Positions 1 to 12,086 of a DNA stretch of 64,000 nt are shown here, piece by piece. Source of the stretch: Phoronis australis (taxonomy: Eukaryota > Animalia > Phoronida). The stretch covers positions 58,724-122,723 of the forward strand of contig NMRA01000114.1 in assembly GCA_002633005.1 (NCBI GenBank). Direction: 5' to 3'. Both the position numbers and the translations under genes were made by a program. Position 1 is the stretch's first letter, and each line of letters opens with the position of its first letter. The notes under the pieces are model-generated. The model was given only the letters and a program-made list of their open reading frames with translations. It did no database searches and had not been told where the DNA came from.

Positions 1-52
1 CATGCATGTAAACTAGTTCAGTAGTTGAGAATAGTCCAAATGACAAACTTAC

Positions 53-165
53 GAGTGCCTGAAAGTGGCAGCTGCTGCACTGGAGGACGCTCTCTCACTG
101 GACTGTTGCTGAGGAGGTCGTTCTTGCACAATCGCCGACATTTCAGCAGCGATTTGATCCGCCAT
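53..165 (-). CDS. First coding exon of an unidentified minus-strand gene that runs off the left edge
   Basis: ATG in context atcATGGCGG opens MADQIAAEMSAIVQERPPQQQSSERASSSAAAATFRH and ends at a consensus donor TC|GTAAGT (phase 2). CCAAT box at ~250-257. No family recognised; it may belong to a transposon, given the adjacent repeats. Confidence 0.5.
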
Positions 166-270
166 GATTCACCGCTCCCAGACACGTAACCGGTCAGTGA
201 AGAAGTATTTACACGAACTCGCGCGACAGTGAGTTGTAAAACCGAACGGCATTGGCTAAGAGTAAACACT

Positions 271-420
271 AAATTACGAGCGTAATTTTACGCCGCAAAG
301 AATTGAATTACGCTCGTAATTTTACGGCGTAATTAACGGCTTAAATAACGGCGTAAATAACGGCGTATTGTACATAATTACGTTCGTATTTTTCCGGCGA
401 CACTTTCCCCCCAACGGCCC
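271..420. repeat. Short palindromic/tandem repeat cluster, probable DNA transposon end
   Basis: AAATTACGAGCGTAATT (271-287) and its reverse complement (306-322), followed by repeated TAACGGCGTAA units and a GGCCC end at 420. Confidence 0.45.
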
Positions 421-632
421 ATGATAGAAAGGTTTTAAAAACGTTGATACTGCTGTTCTCTCAAAGATGCATCGAACACTTTTAGACGTCCCATGGACGC
501 ATACACTTGTATAACAACTTAACTGAACCGTCGCTTTACGTTCTGGTCTCGGCATTGCGAAGTGGGAGGGAATTTGGGCGACACGGAACTGCAACTCAGT
601 ACATCCACATGTAGACAGAGCATCTCGGATGT

Positions 633-1974
633 GACGTTTGTTTACATAATCATTATTTCCAGGCCTGCTTAGTGTTGTGGCGGCGGAAACGACCTGTAAG
701 CGCTGCACTTGGCCGTGTCGGAACATAATATCTACGTGTCATAGACGGGAACCTCCTTGTCCGGGTGCAAAGTGTGTGTAAGTACAATACATGAAGAACC
801 TGCGGGTCTTTTACGATTTTTGCATGCATTACAAAATCCGATACCGTGTACTGACGAAGTCTATTTTATCGACATTATTTAATTGTATACTAACACTTGT
901 TAGAGGTGTCAGACAAACCAAACAACGCTTCTTTAATTAAGAGGGGACAATTTTCCTTAACAATATGGTTTAGCCAATATGTTAACCTTCGATAATTTTC
1001 GAGAGTTGGCTGTTCCTCTGTTCTTGAGCATAATTTCCTTTCCAGGTAAAGGGATGGTTACGTGTCTCAAATGTAAACAAGAAATATCGATCACAATCTT
1101 CGAACGAACTAGATTGTTATCTTGGAAATAAATGTGCACAGCAATCCCGATCTAAAGTTTTGCTGCTTCGAAATGTGTTGGCCGTCGTACCTTGTTCACT
1201 CATCGATTTGGGATTTGCCAGCGCACACCATGAATTCCAACTAGTGAAATAAAATGAAAAGTCACACAGAAGCTATTCATTTAGACTAAGATGGNGACGT
1301 TTGTTTACATACATGTACACTGTATTCATTATTTCCAGGCCTGCTCAGTGTTGTGGCGGCAGAAACGACCTGTAAGCGCTGCACTTGGCCGTGTAGGAAC
1401 ATAATGTCTACGTGTCATGAAAGGGAACCTCCTTGTCCTGGTGCAAAGTGTGTGTAAGTACAATAGATGAAGAACCTGCGGGTCTTTTACGAATTTTTCA
1501 TGCATGACAAAATCCGATACCGTGTACTGACGAAGTCTATTTTATCGACATTATTTTATTATATACTAAAACTTTTTAAAGGATTCAGACAAACCAAACA
1601 ACGCTTCTTTAGTTAAGAGGGGACAATTTTCCTTAACAATATGGTTTAGCCAATATGGTAATCTTCGATAATTTTCGAGAGTTGGCTGTTCCTCTGTTCT
1701 TGAGCATAATTTCATTTCCAGGTAAAGGGATGATTACGTGTCTCAAATGTAAACAATAAATATCGATCACAATCTTCGAACGAACTAGATTGTAATTTTG
1801 GAAATAAATGTGCACAGCAATCCCGATCTATAGTTTTGCTGCTTCGAAATCTGTTGGCCGTCTTACCTTGTTCACTCATCGATTTGGGACTTGTCAGTCA
1901 GCGCACACCATGAATTCCAACTAGTGAAATAAAATGAAAAGTCACACAGAAGCTATTCATTTAGACTAAGATGG
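633..1974 (+). repeat. Tandem duplication of ~0.67 kb joined at an N
   Basis: 633-1294 and 1296-1974 align end to end with scattered SNPs and small indels; base 1295 is N. Confidence 0.95.
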
Positions 1975-2094
1975 AATTCTGTCCTTTGTAACATTTGCAA
2001 CACGTGTTTAAATAGTAACATTACAGGGGATGTTAGATTGAAAATAAACTCAACGGAAATACAGACCGGTCTTACATGTATATTTGGAGACCAG

Positions 2095-2495
2095 GGCCCG
2101 GTCTCCAATCTTTTTACTCGAAATGGAACTGGAAATTAGGTTTGTCATTTTCTACTCTACTTTTGGGCGAACTCAAGATAAGTGTCTATTATTCTATGCG
2201 CGAGTACACAATAACTTACGTAGATAATTTATTTCCCTTAGTTCACTGTTTGTAAACCCAATATTAAAGCAATAAGTTCGAGTTTGAACTCGAAATTTCG
2301 AGTTTTTACTCGATTTTGTAGCACGAATATAAGGGTCTTCAAGGGCAAACTTGAACTAGAAACTCCTATGCATAAACTATAATGTATTCGAGCACAGTCT
2401 GATAACCAATTATCTTAAGTTCGCACAAAATGAGCAGAGAAATTGCCAAAAATAGTTTCGAGTTCGTTTCGAGTACAAAGATTAGAGACCGGGCC
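2095..2495. mobile_element. PIF/Harbinger-type MITE
   Basis: Imperfect ~40 bp TIRs GGCCCGGTCTCCAATCTTTTTACTCGAAA / TTTCGAGTACAAAGATTAGAGACCGGGCC; 3 bp TSD CAG at 2092-2094 and 2496-2498. CWG TSDs and GGCC ends are known for animal Harbingers. Confidence 0.8.
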
Positions 2496-3721
2496 CAGAT
2501 GTGGCCTTATTAAGATTAAACATGAAGTGAAACTCTGTGGCATGTCGTTACAGAGTTCAATGTTTCTCAAAATATATTATTTGATATACTGTACAGTGCG
2601 TATTGAGATAGATTGAAGTCTCCACATCATGCATCACTCTGTTACGGGGGGTGTAAATTGTGACTTGAATCGTCAGAAAATGGTATTGTCCTTGCAGCCT
2701 ATTCTAGCTTTTTGCATTCTGAAAGCAATAGCCTTTCTCAGTTTCTTGAGCTCAGATGCCGTCAGCAAGTCAGTCTTAGCCTGGCGTCAATTGATTATTT
2801 GAGATCCTCTAATACATGTAATTATTAACACCTTGTGATTGTTGTGACATCAAGTAATCAGTCTTCAATTTGAAGTCCCATGACTAGCAGTATGGCTGAT
2901 GTTCGCACAAGAACAGCTAACTTTCACCTCCTTGGAAAAATATGAGATTACGAAATCCCATATGTAATGTGTTAGGCAAAATGAAAATTGAGAACTTACA
3001 TGTTATTTTGCCAACTCCGAGTCGGTACTCTCGGTTTGGCGGTTGATGCTGACGGTTACACAAACACTGAGTCAGAAAACAGATTATGCGGCTCGATTCG
3101 TAATCTCAATGAGGACCGTTCTGCTTCTTCCCGTTCCCTATAATATCCCGTCACGATGTTTCTTTGAATCTCGTTCCCTCTTCTTGATTTTCTTTTTCCC
3201 GATATTCCCCCGTCTTGATGCCCGTTCCCCACTCATTCATTTCAATGTTGCTTTTAAAGGAAATTTCATTAATGTCCCTAATATGGATGAGCGTATAATA
3301 TACAGGTTGTTTTGCTATAGGTTTAAGTCTTCACGTCTTGCATCACGTTACAAAATGTGAATTGAATAGTCAGAAATTATTTTTTTCATCCCATGTTGAA
3401 CGCACAAAACTTTTTAATCTCGTTGCGACTTACCGCAAAATCAACTTGTATATCACTTGAGCCAATATGTCATCAGCAAGATTATTTGAGATGCATCTGA
3501 TTCATGACAGTAATTATATTCAACAACTTGTGAATGCACTGAAATCCGAAACAATGATTGACAAATCCCAATGAGATTACCCTGAATCATATTAATCAAA
3601 TGTGACTGTTGAAGAGCTCCTCTGACCACTACATGTAGGTGCCCCTCAAGTTTGAATAAATATACAAGACAACACTGCGGAGTTGAATCATTACGAGGGC
3701 TTGTANAGGCTTACTGTCCTG

Positions 3722-3864
3722 GCGTGCGTTCAGTAGACGCTAGGACCTACGCTAGGACCTAGCTAAAATCTAGTCAAGGTCACGTGTTCTTATTTAAGAT
3801 ACACGGCAATATCTCACGCGAAGTCGTGCTTTTTAGCGAGGTCCTAGCGTTACTGAACGGGAGG
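3722..3864. mobile_element. Small foldback/MITE-like element
   Basis: Inverted repeats CGTTCAGTAGACGCTAGGACCT / AGGTCCTAGCGTTACTGAACG about 130 bp apart, with CTG on both flanks. Confidence 0.55.
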
Positions 3865-4571
3865 CTGTATTGATACAGTATGAATAACACACTGGTAAAA
3901 TCTACCAGATGACGGCGTCTTTGTTGTACATGTGCTTCTGAGCACGAGGCTATTAAACATTAGGCCTACTGCAGAAACAAAATAGTTGCTGCTACGCCAC
4001 TTGCACGGACAAAGCTAAAAATCGTCCATAGTCCGCCATTTTCTCACTTCGTTGTAAAGCTAACCAATGACTGTCGAGGTTGCATCAACCAGTGATAAAG
4101 CGCGTGCTACTGCCTGCTACCTGCCTGTTGGCTACCACCTAGCGGCACGCGGGGAACCGGCGAGCCGTCACGGCATCCTCATCTCTGTTATTAGTCCTAC
4201 TAATTCCGTCTCATCTCAAGAACATAGAACTGAGAGACATCGTTGTGTATACAAATTTCCCTTCCCCCTTGTTATGTATGTTGCCCGATAGATGTCACCG
4301 TAGGTAGTAGTTCCTGACAATACAGTCTAAGAAAGAAACCTCGTTGTTTATGTCTCCGTAAAATGTGGTAACAAACGTGACATTTTGGCGACGAGAACGG
4401 TTCTTAGTAGGGAACTCACGTAAGGTCGGAACTCAGGCATGAGAGGGTGATGCTTGGAAATTCGAACTGTCATTACTTTTGCTGAAATTCCGTTTCGATT
4501 ATCGGAAGTCTGTGAATTTGCAGTGCGTAGTGATACATATTCGTTTTTTTTAACGTAAGTGCTGAACTGTA

Positions 4572-6335
4572 CCATAGACTCTATTCACGCGGCAGACATT
4601 AAAATCCAAAGCGAGGCTCACTGCGATAAACAAAGCGAAAGTAGACATTGCGTGAGTTAAATAGCCGGTCTTTCGAGTCCAACCTGGATATTGAATTTTA
4701 ATAATGTGTCAACAATTAAACCACACAGACGTAGAAAATTACACTAGAGAACAAGTTAAGGCGTCAAAGAGTTGTCTGACGAGAGGGTTTAATTTTTCTC
4801 GTTAAACTAGGTTCGAAACATGAAAAGTAAATATGACCAAATTGCGGCGATCGTAGTGTTACGGATTTGGTATTATGCTGAATGCAGGGTTACTTTTTTC
4901 TTGTAAATTGTTGATCAAAATACTTTCTACGCGGACCAGGTCATCTGCTCCTATTATTGACGAGTTGAAGACATATTCGACAATGGTGGCTGTCATGTGC
5001 AATTAGTCACATCTGGTTTAATTTGTTGATCAAGAATATTAAAATCAAGCATAGCCTGATCTTATGCACTCCCTGGGACTAACAGTTGATTTGTCATTGA
5101 TCTGAAAGAATAATTGATGTTATTAAATATATTTTTTATTAAAATAATAAACCAGACTCGTAATTGAAAATAAAAATTATTTGACCATCAATTCTGCTTT
5201 CGTGGTTGTAATAATTCGTACGGTCTATTTCATGTGTTAGATTTCAAGTATCAATTTGGACCAAGTTGAATTTTAAAATTAAAACACCTAATTCGTTCGT
5301 ATAAAACGTAACCTCGTTTTAGAACTCAATTTCAGTTAGCTGGACAATGAAATCATAGTTATCATGTTTCTGCAGAAACCTCGTTCATCCGAGGGGAAAC
5401 TCGGGTGCTAGTGCCTACTGAGAGGCGATTTTTTCGCCGAGTGAGGGCGGGAACAGTCTACCTCCCGATCACCATCAATAGCACCCCCGCCCTGTTGCAA
5501 GCTCTCATAAGATAGGCTCTGTCTCATTTTAAAGTAGCCTTTTGTGCTCTTAAAATTGTCACCTGTTTGGTTACAGGTTATGTGAACTCAGAGAGATTTT
5601 TCACTAGGGGAATTTTTGTGCCTCGAGGGGAATAGGGCCGATATTGGGCACTAAATTTGAGGGATTGAGGGCTCTGTCCTTTTTGGAAAGAAAAATTATA
5701 ATGTTTCAACCCGTAGCAGGGGCGGATCCAGGATTTTGAATTAGAGGAGAGACAGGCACAGGAATAAGCAGCATTTCGGCAGATGCGCGCACCCAGCCTA
5801 AAATCTGGGGAAGCAGGGGTCTTGAATTCTTGGGTTTGCGGACCTGTTGACTCAAAAAAAACGGTAAACGGGGTTCATCCATTCAGCGCCTATGCGTTGT
5901 TTATTCACCCCCAAGACCCCCTGGTTGCGCACGTGTGCTAGTCAGCAATTCGCACCCGAACTCAAAAATGGGATCTGATATAATTTTAGGCCCCCCCCCC
6001 TAAATTCGTTGTCATGAAAATACAACCTGGCCGGCCACTTCTCCGGTCGTTATTATGATGCTTGACAACTGACCGAGACGCGACAAAATATGATCTAACT
6101 TTTCGAAAACATTTATTTTACACGGACATATTTTGCTTCGTCGACGTATGGCAACGACCCAACGCTTCCGAATCTAAACGTCTTTAGAGATTGTGAAGCG
6201 TGTCCGTATTTTTTCTAGCCGTTCGGGGAACAACACGGACTGAAACACAGACTCCTATGCCGATAAGCTAACAGAGCCATCGTAGCGAGCCTCGTTTTGG
6301 AACGCGCCTCCTGTCGGCGTGAATAGGGTCTATGG
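4572..6335. mobile_element. Non-autonomous DNA transposon with long imperfect TIRs and nested repeats
   Basis: Left end CCATAGACTCTATTCACGCGGCA...CCAAAGCGAGGCTCACTGCGAT mirrors right end ATCGTAGCGAGCCTCGTTTTGG...TGTCGGCGTGAATAGGGTCTATGG. No long ORF inside. Confidence 0.6.
5781..5936 (+). mobile_element. Short dispersed repeat, copy 1 of 3
   Basis: GCGCGCACCCAGCCTAAAAT...GGGG...GAATTC...GGACC is shared with 21899-22031 and 63882-64000; ends are inverted (TGCGCGCACC...GGTTGCGCAC). Confidence 0.6.
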
Positions 6336-6703
6336 CGCATGGTTGCGCAATGTATGGCGACAGATACTCTATCGGAGACCAATAGAACACGCTCAGTTCT
6401 AACAGACATCAAGAAAATGGTTCTTGTTTAAAGTTGACTTAATTATTAAACACAAATGTATAATAAATAACCAAAATTTTTGGCCTATTTAACTTTTTAA
6501 TTTTCTTGAAGTTATGTCACAAAGACAAATTACTGTACGTTTAATATGATTGCGGAAAAATTAGATAACAAAAAGATCGAAAATTCGAACTTTACGTTTT
6601 TGTAGACAACATGTTATTTGTGGCTGGATTTTCTTGTTTAAAGCGAACATTTTATTCTGATTTTGTTAACATAAGAGTGGTTGTGTTGTTTTTTACATGG
6701 CCC

Positions 6704-7118
6704 GTTGCATGGCAATCTAATCAATCGCTGTGCTTGGCTGGGTGGTAATCAAGCGTATGTGTAGATCCCTACCAACACAGTGTTGACGCCCTCTGGTGCT
6801 GGCCTTTACTGAGGAGTCGATGGCAATGCTCTCTAGTCACGTTCGTTGTCAACATCTATTCTCCTCTCCATAAAATAGAAAAAAGTATATATTGTTTGGA
6901 GAACGACAGTGCAAAACATTCCGATGACACGTTTTATAAAAAATGTACTGAGTAAACAACGAATCTGACGGCGCGGCTGAAAACGAATCCGGCATTTGAT
7001 GACGACGTATACTCTGTGACGTCAGGATTCGTGATTTCGTTTTCGAAATATTACTGTAGTAAGTTTGTAACGCCAAATGCACCTAAGCCAAATTGCAGTA
7101 TCTCCTACTGTTGAACAG
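6704..7118 (+). promoter_or_regulatory. Putative promoter and non-coding first exon of the rolling-stone-like gene
   Basis: X-box-like GTTGCATGGCAAT at 6704-6716; full CRE TGACGTCA at 7017-7024 (a second at 7757-7764). Donor CAG|GTATGT at 7118/7119 could pair with acceptor TTGTTTTCAG at 8022. Confidence 0.35.
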
Positions 7119-8053
7119 GTATGTTTTTAAGATGGTATTGCAAACTGATAATGAAAAGTAGTTACAAAAGCAAGCGCCTGATCTTGAAAGCGGCAATGAA
7201 CTTGCGTTGTCAAATAGGTTTCAGCTTGCCTCTCATTCAGATGAGAGTGGCATTTTGGTCTCTCAAGGATTTGGTAGCTCGTGGCTGCTCGAGACTATGG
7301 TCGTCAAATAAAATGACACCACTATCACTAGATCTTAACAATATGTCCAGATATCGCACCTATCTTGACAGGAATAATTTGCTAACAAATGCTTAACGGT
7401 AATTCATGTAATTCAAAAGTTTGTAGTTGTGACGGGAGATGAGGATCACGCCGCTTTGAACGTGAGCTGGAATGATACTATTCCTGGATTTTCCAACGTG
7501 TTGAAGAGAGCTTGTTGTGATCGTGTACTGAAAATCGCGAATGAAATGTTACGTAAAAACGCTAGAGCTCAGCACACTTGCTTAAAATATAGCCCTTACC
7601 TTTAGAATAAAATTTGTAAAATTTCATTCAAGATTAGTAAAACTCAATTCCACATAATTGTTTGTAAAATTGTTAAAAAGTAAAGCGTCAGTAATCAAAT
7701 GCAAAACGAACAAAAATATGTATTTCCATTTGCACTGTTTTCTTCTTCAGTTAGAGTGACGTCATTTTAACCTAAGTGTCGTGCGACAAGATCACCTTTG
7801 TAACGTGTATAGATTCCTGGTGGGTTTTCTTTTCTTGACCAGAAAAAACGTCTCCGGTTGATATTCACCGAACTAGAATGATTTAGGTTGGAGGATTGAG
7901 AGCTAGTAGACCCAAAAGCCTATCAATTTACACACAGTATTTCCAAGTTCAGCGTCCAAGCACTCGAAATTCAAGAATTTGGCAAGCTATTCCTTCTCAT
8001 TGCATGTGTTACTTGTTTTCAGGCCAGGAAACGTACTTGAAAATATCACAAAG

Positions 8054-9397
8054 ATGCACTGCTTTGACGAGACCTGCGGACAGAAGTTTTTGTTTTACTT
8101 TGAAGGGACTAATGAGGAATTTGTTCGCTGTGCCTGGCCTAGCAACAACCACAAGTGTCTTCTGATTTTTCGTGGAGTTGTCGCGTTGTACGAAATTGTT
8201 CTTCTTCTAGCTGGACCGTATCTTTTTATTATCTTTTTCGAATTACCCTCGAGGGACGCCTGGAAATACTTCATATATTGGGACACTTGGCAGAGTATCC
8301 TAGCAACGACGTACTTCACTCTTGCTTTTGCGACACAACTGCACGATAATAAGATCAGACGACAATCTCAGGTGGACCCTGGAACACTTAGTACAATTAG
8401 CACGAATGTTCCTATCGATAATGAACGCCACTTGCGAAACAGTTGGCAATCGAAGAAATCATACGACAGCACTAATCAGTCCTCAGGAAAGGGAGAGAAA
8501 ACTACAAACTCGTCACGTTCTTTTTACCGTTCATTTCAAAGTGCCTCTTTCGGACCTCTTAAGTGGTACAATAAAATAAAATGGGCTCTTCTCAACGTAT
8601 GCATCAACATTGGGGTCAATTTGATTGGCATCTCGGCATTCCTCAGCATAGATATCGGTAAAAGACCAGGCGCCGTCTTCTATTTTCCACATTACCACCG
8701 TATCGCGATCACTTTCGTTTTATTGCTGATTGAGATGTTTCTTGTATCGTATCCGATATACGTGCAACACCTCTGGTTTGCTGAAGCGTTTGCGTTGTCG
8801 TATCTCACGTTTTCCACGGTGTACCTGCTGAACGGCGGCACCGATCACTACGGTAAAAACCGGTTGTCAGTTCTCTATGACTTTCAACAACTTGAGCCGA
8901 CGATTGCACTTTCTATCATTCTTATCTTCGCAGCGCTTCCCACAGGACAGTGTTTCGGTGTTCTTGTAGTTTACCTAAGAAGAAAGCTCATCACGAGGAT
9001 TTATGAAATAGATGACGAAGACGAGGATGAAAAAAGCCTGAATCAAGAGGACTGTGACGATGAAGGTGAAGACAACACCTCTCTGTACGACAGAGAATTT
9101 GAACGACGGATGACGATGATAATGACTAAAACTGACAAGCCGTTTATTAAAGGGGGCAGACGGTCACCGGAGAAGTCGTCTTCTCCAAGGTCTAGCAAAG
9201 CAAGCAAGCGATTGTCAAGCAAGACGCCGTCGCTGAAGAAAGTCTTTCAAAACTTCAAAGGGAAAAAATCAAATGACACGCCGGTTACGGAAACTAGACG
9301 ATCTTCGACGGATGACCCTTTTATTGTGTCAGATCAGGTAGAATACAACACACTTCAAAAGCTTCCTGTAGGTGAAAAACGCCTTGATAGTGTGTAG
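8054..9397 (+). CDS. Protein rolling stone-like multi-pass membrane protein (FAR-17a/AIG1-related); single coding exon, 447 aa
   Basis: About six hydrophobic segments. Motifs FVRCAW, WKYFIYWDTW, LKWYNKIKWALLNV, LLIEMFLVSYPIYVQHLWF and YLTFSTVYLLNGGTDHYGK resemble remembered rolling-stone family motifs. First ATG is at 8054 (the track start at 7979 is TTG, upstream of a splice acceptor). Long acidic then Ser/Lys-rich C-tail. Confidence 0.8.
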   Translation: MHCFDETCGQKFLFYFEGTNEEFVRCAWPSNNHKCLLIFRGVVALYEIVLLLAGPYLFIIFFELPSRDAWKYFIYWDTWQSILATTYFTLAFATQLHDNKIRRQSQVDPGTLSTISTNVPIDNERHLRNSWQSKKSYDSTNQSSGKGEKTTNSSRSFYRSFQSASFGPLKWYNKIKWALLNVCINIGVNLIGISAFLSIDIGKRPGAVFYFPHYHRIAITFVLLLIEMFLVSYPIYVQHLWFAEAFALSYLTFSTVYLLNGGTDHYGKNRLSVLYDFQQLEPTIALSIILIFAALPTGQCFGVLVVYLRRKLITRIYEIDDEDEDEKSLNQEDCDDEGEDNTSLYDREFERRMTMIMTKTDKPFIKGGRRSPEKSSSPRSSKASKRLSSKTPSLKKVFQNFKGKKSNDTPVTETRRSSTDDPFIVSDQVEYNTLQKLPVGEKRLDSV

Positions 9398-9899
9398 AAC
9401 AGCCTTCTGATTAACCATTAAAATTGCATGAATTGAATCTTAAACCCAATCATCCAATTTATATTTCCACGCCGGTTAAATACATGTATATACTTATTAG
9501 ACACTCACAAGTTTATGGGCGGTATCCCCACTGTACTCTGATTGAATTTCTATGCTCGACCGATGGTGCTGAAAGTGTTAAAGTGTCTACACGGTTAGCA
9601 AAACGTCCCTGGTCGGAGTCCCGGTTGGTTCAAAAACCTTTTCAGACTTATGATCATTTGGTCACGTGATTTGGCCAAAAGCCGTCGTTTTGACCTGGCT
9701 TAAAAACAAGTGCAATCTTTTATTTAGTTATTATACCCTTCTTGGGAAAGGTTGCTGAATTCTTTAGCCCTTCAGCTAGGCTACGTTGTATTGCTAATGA
9801 CACTTGCCATTTAGACCAAGATACTGTCCACAGTCACCGCTGCTTCCGCTTACCTGGTCATCTCACCCTTAATCTTCTACACAGATGGATGAGTGATTC

Positions 9900-10260
9900 C
9901 ACAGGGAATGTTTGAACATCACTCTTTCACTTCTGTCCGTAACAGTAGGTTCCACCGAATCCCCAGACCAAGTTTTCGCTTTAAAAGCTACTTGCACAAA
10001 CCATGTATAGAATCCTGTAGCGAAGGTAACGACAACAAAGGTTCAGACAAACTTTTGTAGCCAGGTAGGCTAAACTCCTTATTCCTTGGTACTGGGCTTT
10101 TGATCCACGTGACTGCCAACAGATAACTGCCACAGGCGCAACTGCTTGCTCTTGTGTATGATCATCTCACTTCCACTTGAGACGCGGCAGAGTACCGTGA
10201 TTCTTCAGAATAAATGTCCACAGTAGAAGTTGCTTGCACACTCACCGTGTGATGAAGGTC
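9900..10260 (-). mobile_element. Possible decayed LINE (CR1/L2-like) endonuclease fragment
   Basis: The minus strand near 10030-10120 reads LAVTWIKSPVPRNKEFSLPGYKSL, reminiscent of the APE ITETWL...IPGY segment. Surrounding frames are broken and the boundaries are uncertain. Confidence 0.25.
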
Positions 10261-10867
10261 CTTAGCCAATTAACCCACATTCCTCTGTTCTCGATGCTTG
10301 AGATTCGCTCCAAGGTAACACTGTGATATGTACCGCGAGTGACCACAGACACACAACTGGGTTCTCTGGTCTGGTTATCTCCTTTTTTATATCTACCCCG
10401 CAAAGTAAAGTGATTCCCGAAGCAAGTGTCTACAGCATAAGTTTGTTTCTCTCATAGCATTAATTGGGAGAGGTGATGCCTCACTCAAGAGTTAAAACAT
10501 CAACTGTCCGACTTCTGAAAATACTTCAACAGTTAGTTTTAGAACGTCAGCTCGTCCAGAACACGAGTCCGGCTACTGCCGAGTGGTCATTTGAATGAGA
10601 GGGACTTAAGACTGAAGACAGATTTTTTTTTCTTACAGTAGCTGAATAAAGGTTTAGCCATGTAACGTATCAGATTAGAAATAATTTATTAAAATTATAT
10701 CAGTAACTAGAAGTTATGATAACCAAGAGACTTTGCACTTTAGCTCAACTATTTTTCAAAAATAATTGTACGGAGCCGAAAATCAAATTTCTGTTTATTT
10801 TACTTAGTCAATTATCATGAAACAGGCCCCTTGGGTGCGTTTCATGAAAAGTGACTTTAAAGTTTTT

Positions 10868-10907
10868 TGGACAATTTCATGGTCTTAAAAGACCATGAAA
10901 TTGTCCA
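10868..10907. repeat. Perfect 19 bp-arm hairpin inside MITE-like sequence
   Basis: TGGACAATTTCATGGTCTT-AA-AAGACCATGAAATTGTCCA, next to TTTCATGAAAAGTGA, a motif whose reverse complement also occurs at ~45347-45361. Confidence 0.85.
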
Positions 10908-12086
10908 CGTTGATACCATTTGTAGGCTAAGTTAAGAACGAAGATGAAACTTAAAATAAAAAAAGTTCATAATGTTTTTTGGGTTTAAATATTGCAAATG
11001 GAATATTTTCCTGCTTTGTACAATAGTTTAATTTCAATTACATCCGAGTACATTTTTCCTAAAAGATGGATATGTATAGATTTTTAAAAGCCCAAATAAA
11101 CAATTTCTGAGAAAGAGGAAGCGATCTTTGAACCCAATATGACGAATGTTACCATAAACACAGCTTTGGATAAATCTTTTTTATTCATATATATGCTAAA
11201 GAACCAATTTTAAAAGGGTTTCATTCTTTTATCAAAAAGTGGTCATTTTTTCACATTGTTGGCTCTGATAATCGATGCGTGTGTCTGTGCAAGCGTATGT
11301 TGCATGAGTGTACAGAACACACCAAAATTAACAGATGACCCGGAATTTCCAGTTGTGACGGCAGATAAGCGCCAGTTTACCATCAAAATAGCTGCAATGA
11401 CCCGTCATGACAGGGAAACCGTATTTTATCTGACTTTTGACGTGTACTACATACGTGCACTTAGGTATATTGAAATTTTTAAGAATTATGAGCAATTGAG
11501 CATAACAGTACAACTGTAGTCTTTAATTGAAACAACAAAAAGATTACAACTTTTCTTATGCCAAAGTGTGCGTTCAACGAGTTGGCCAAGCATGCCCTTA
11601 CTAAAATGTCACTGCCAAGATTGCAGAAAATATCGCGAGACATATCTTTATAGGGTTCAAGAATATAAATGACTAAGTATTTGAAGCACGTTGCTTTACC
11701 AACCTACACTGACACACAACTGTCCTAGTTACATCCAAATCATCTTACAAGAAATGAACTGAAATAGAAACAAGAAATTTGCTACCAAGAGGAGAAATTG
11801 ATCTTTTGCCACCTAGTGTGATGTGTACTTTTAGAAGTCATCTATTTTGGATCAACCATAACCGTAAAAATCACACGTGATTTTAGACAATAAGTTACAC
11901 CGACAATGCATTTTAGCCAGTTTATGAACTCCTGCCCTGGGACCAAACTAACACGGTATCCCCTGTATTGTGGCACGGCTTAAGTGGTCGCATTGTGCTA
12001 CGGAATAAAAATCATCATGGGTATTGTTTGCGGCTCGATTTCCAAACTCTTCGCTGCGCACTACTTTTAATAAAATAGATCTCTGA

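Noticed and set aside
957-1815. Two similar 60 aa ORFs
   Set aside because: They have GTG starts and are by-products of the tandem duplication, with no protein features.
6785-6799. CTCF-like motif (others near 11808 and 38886)
   Set aside because: Short matches are expected by chance and cannot be supported without binding data.
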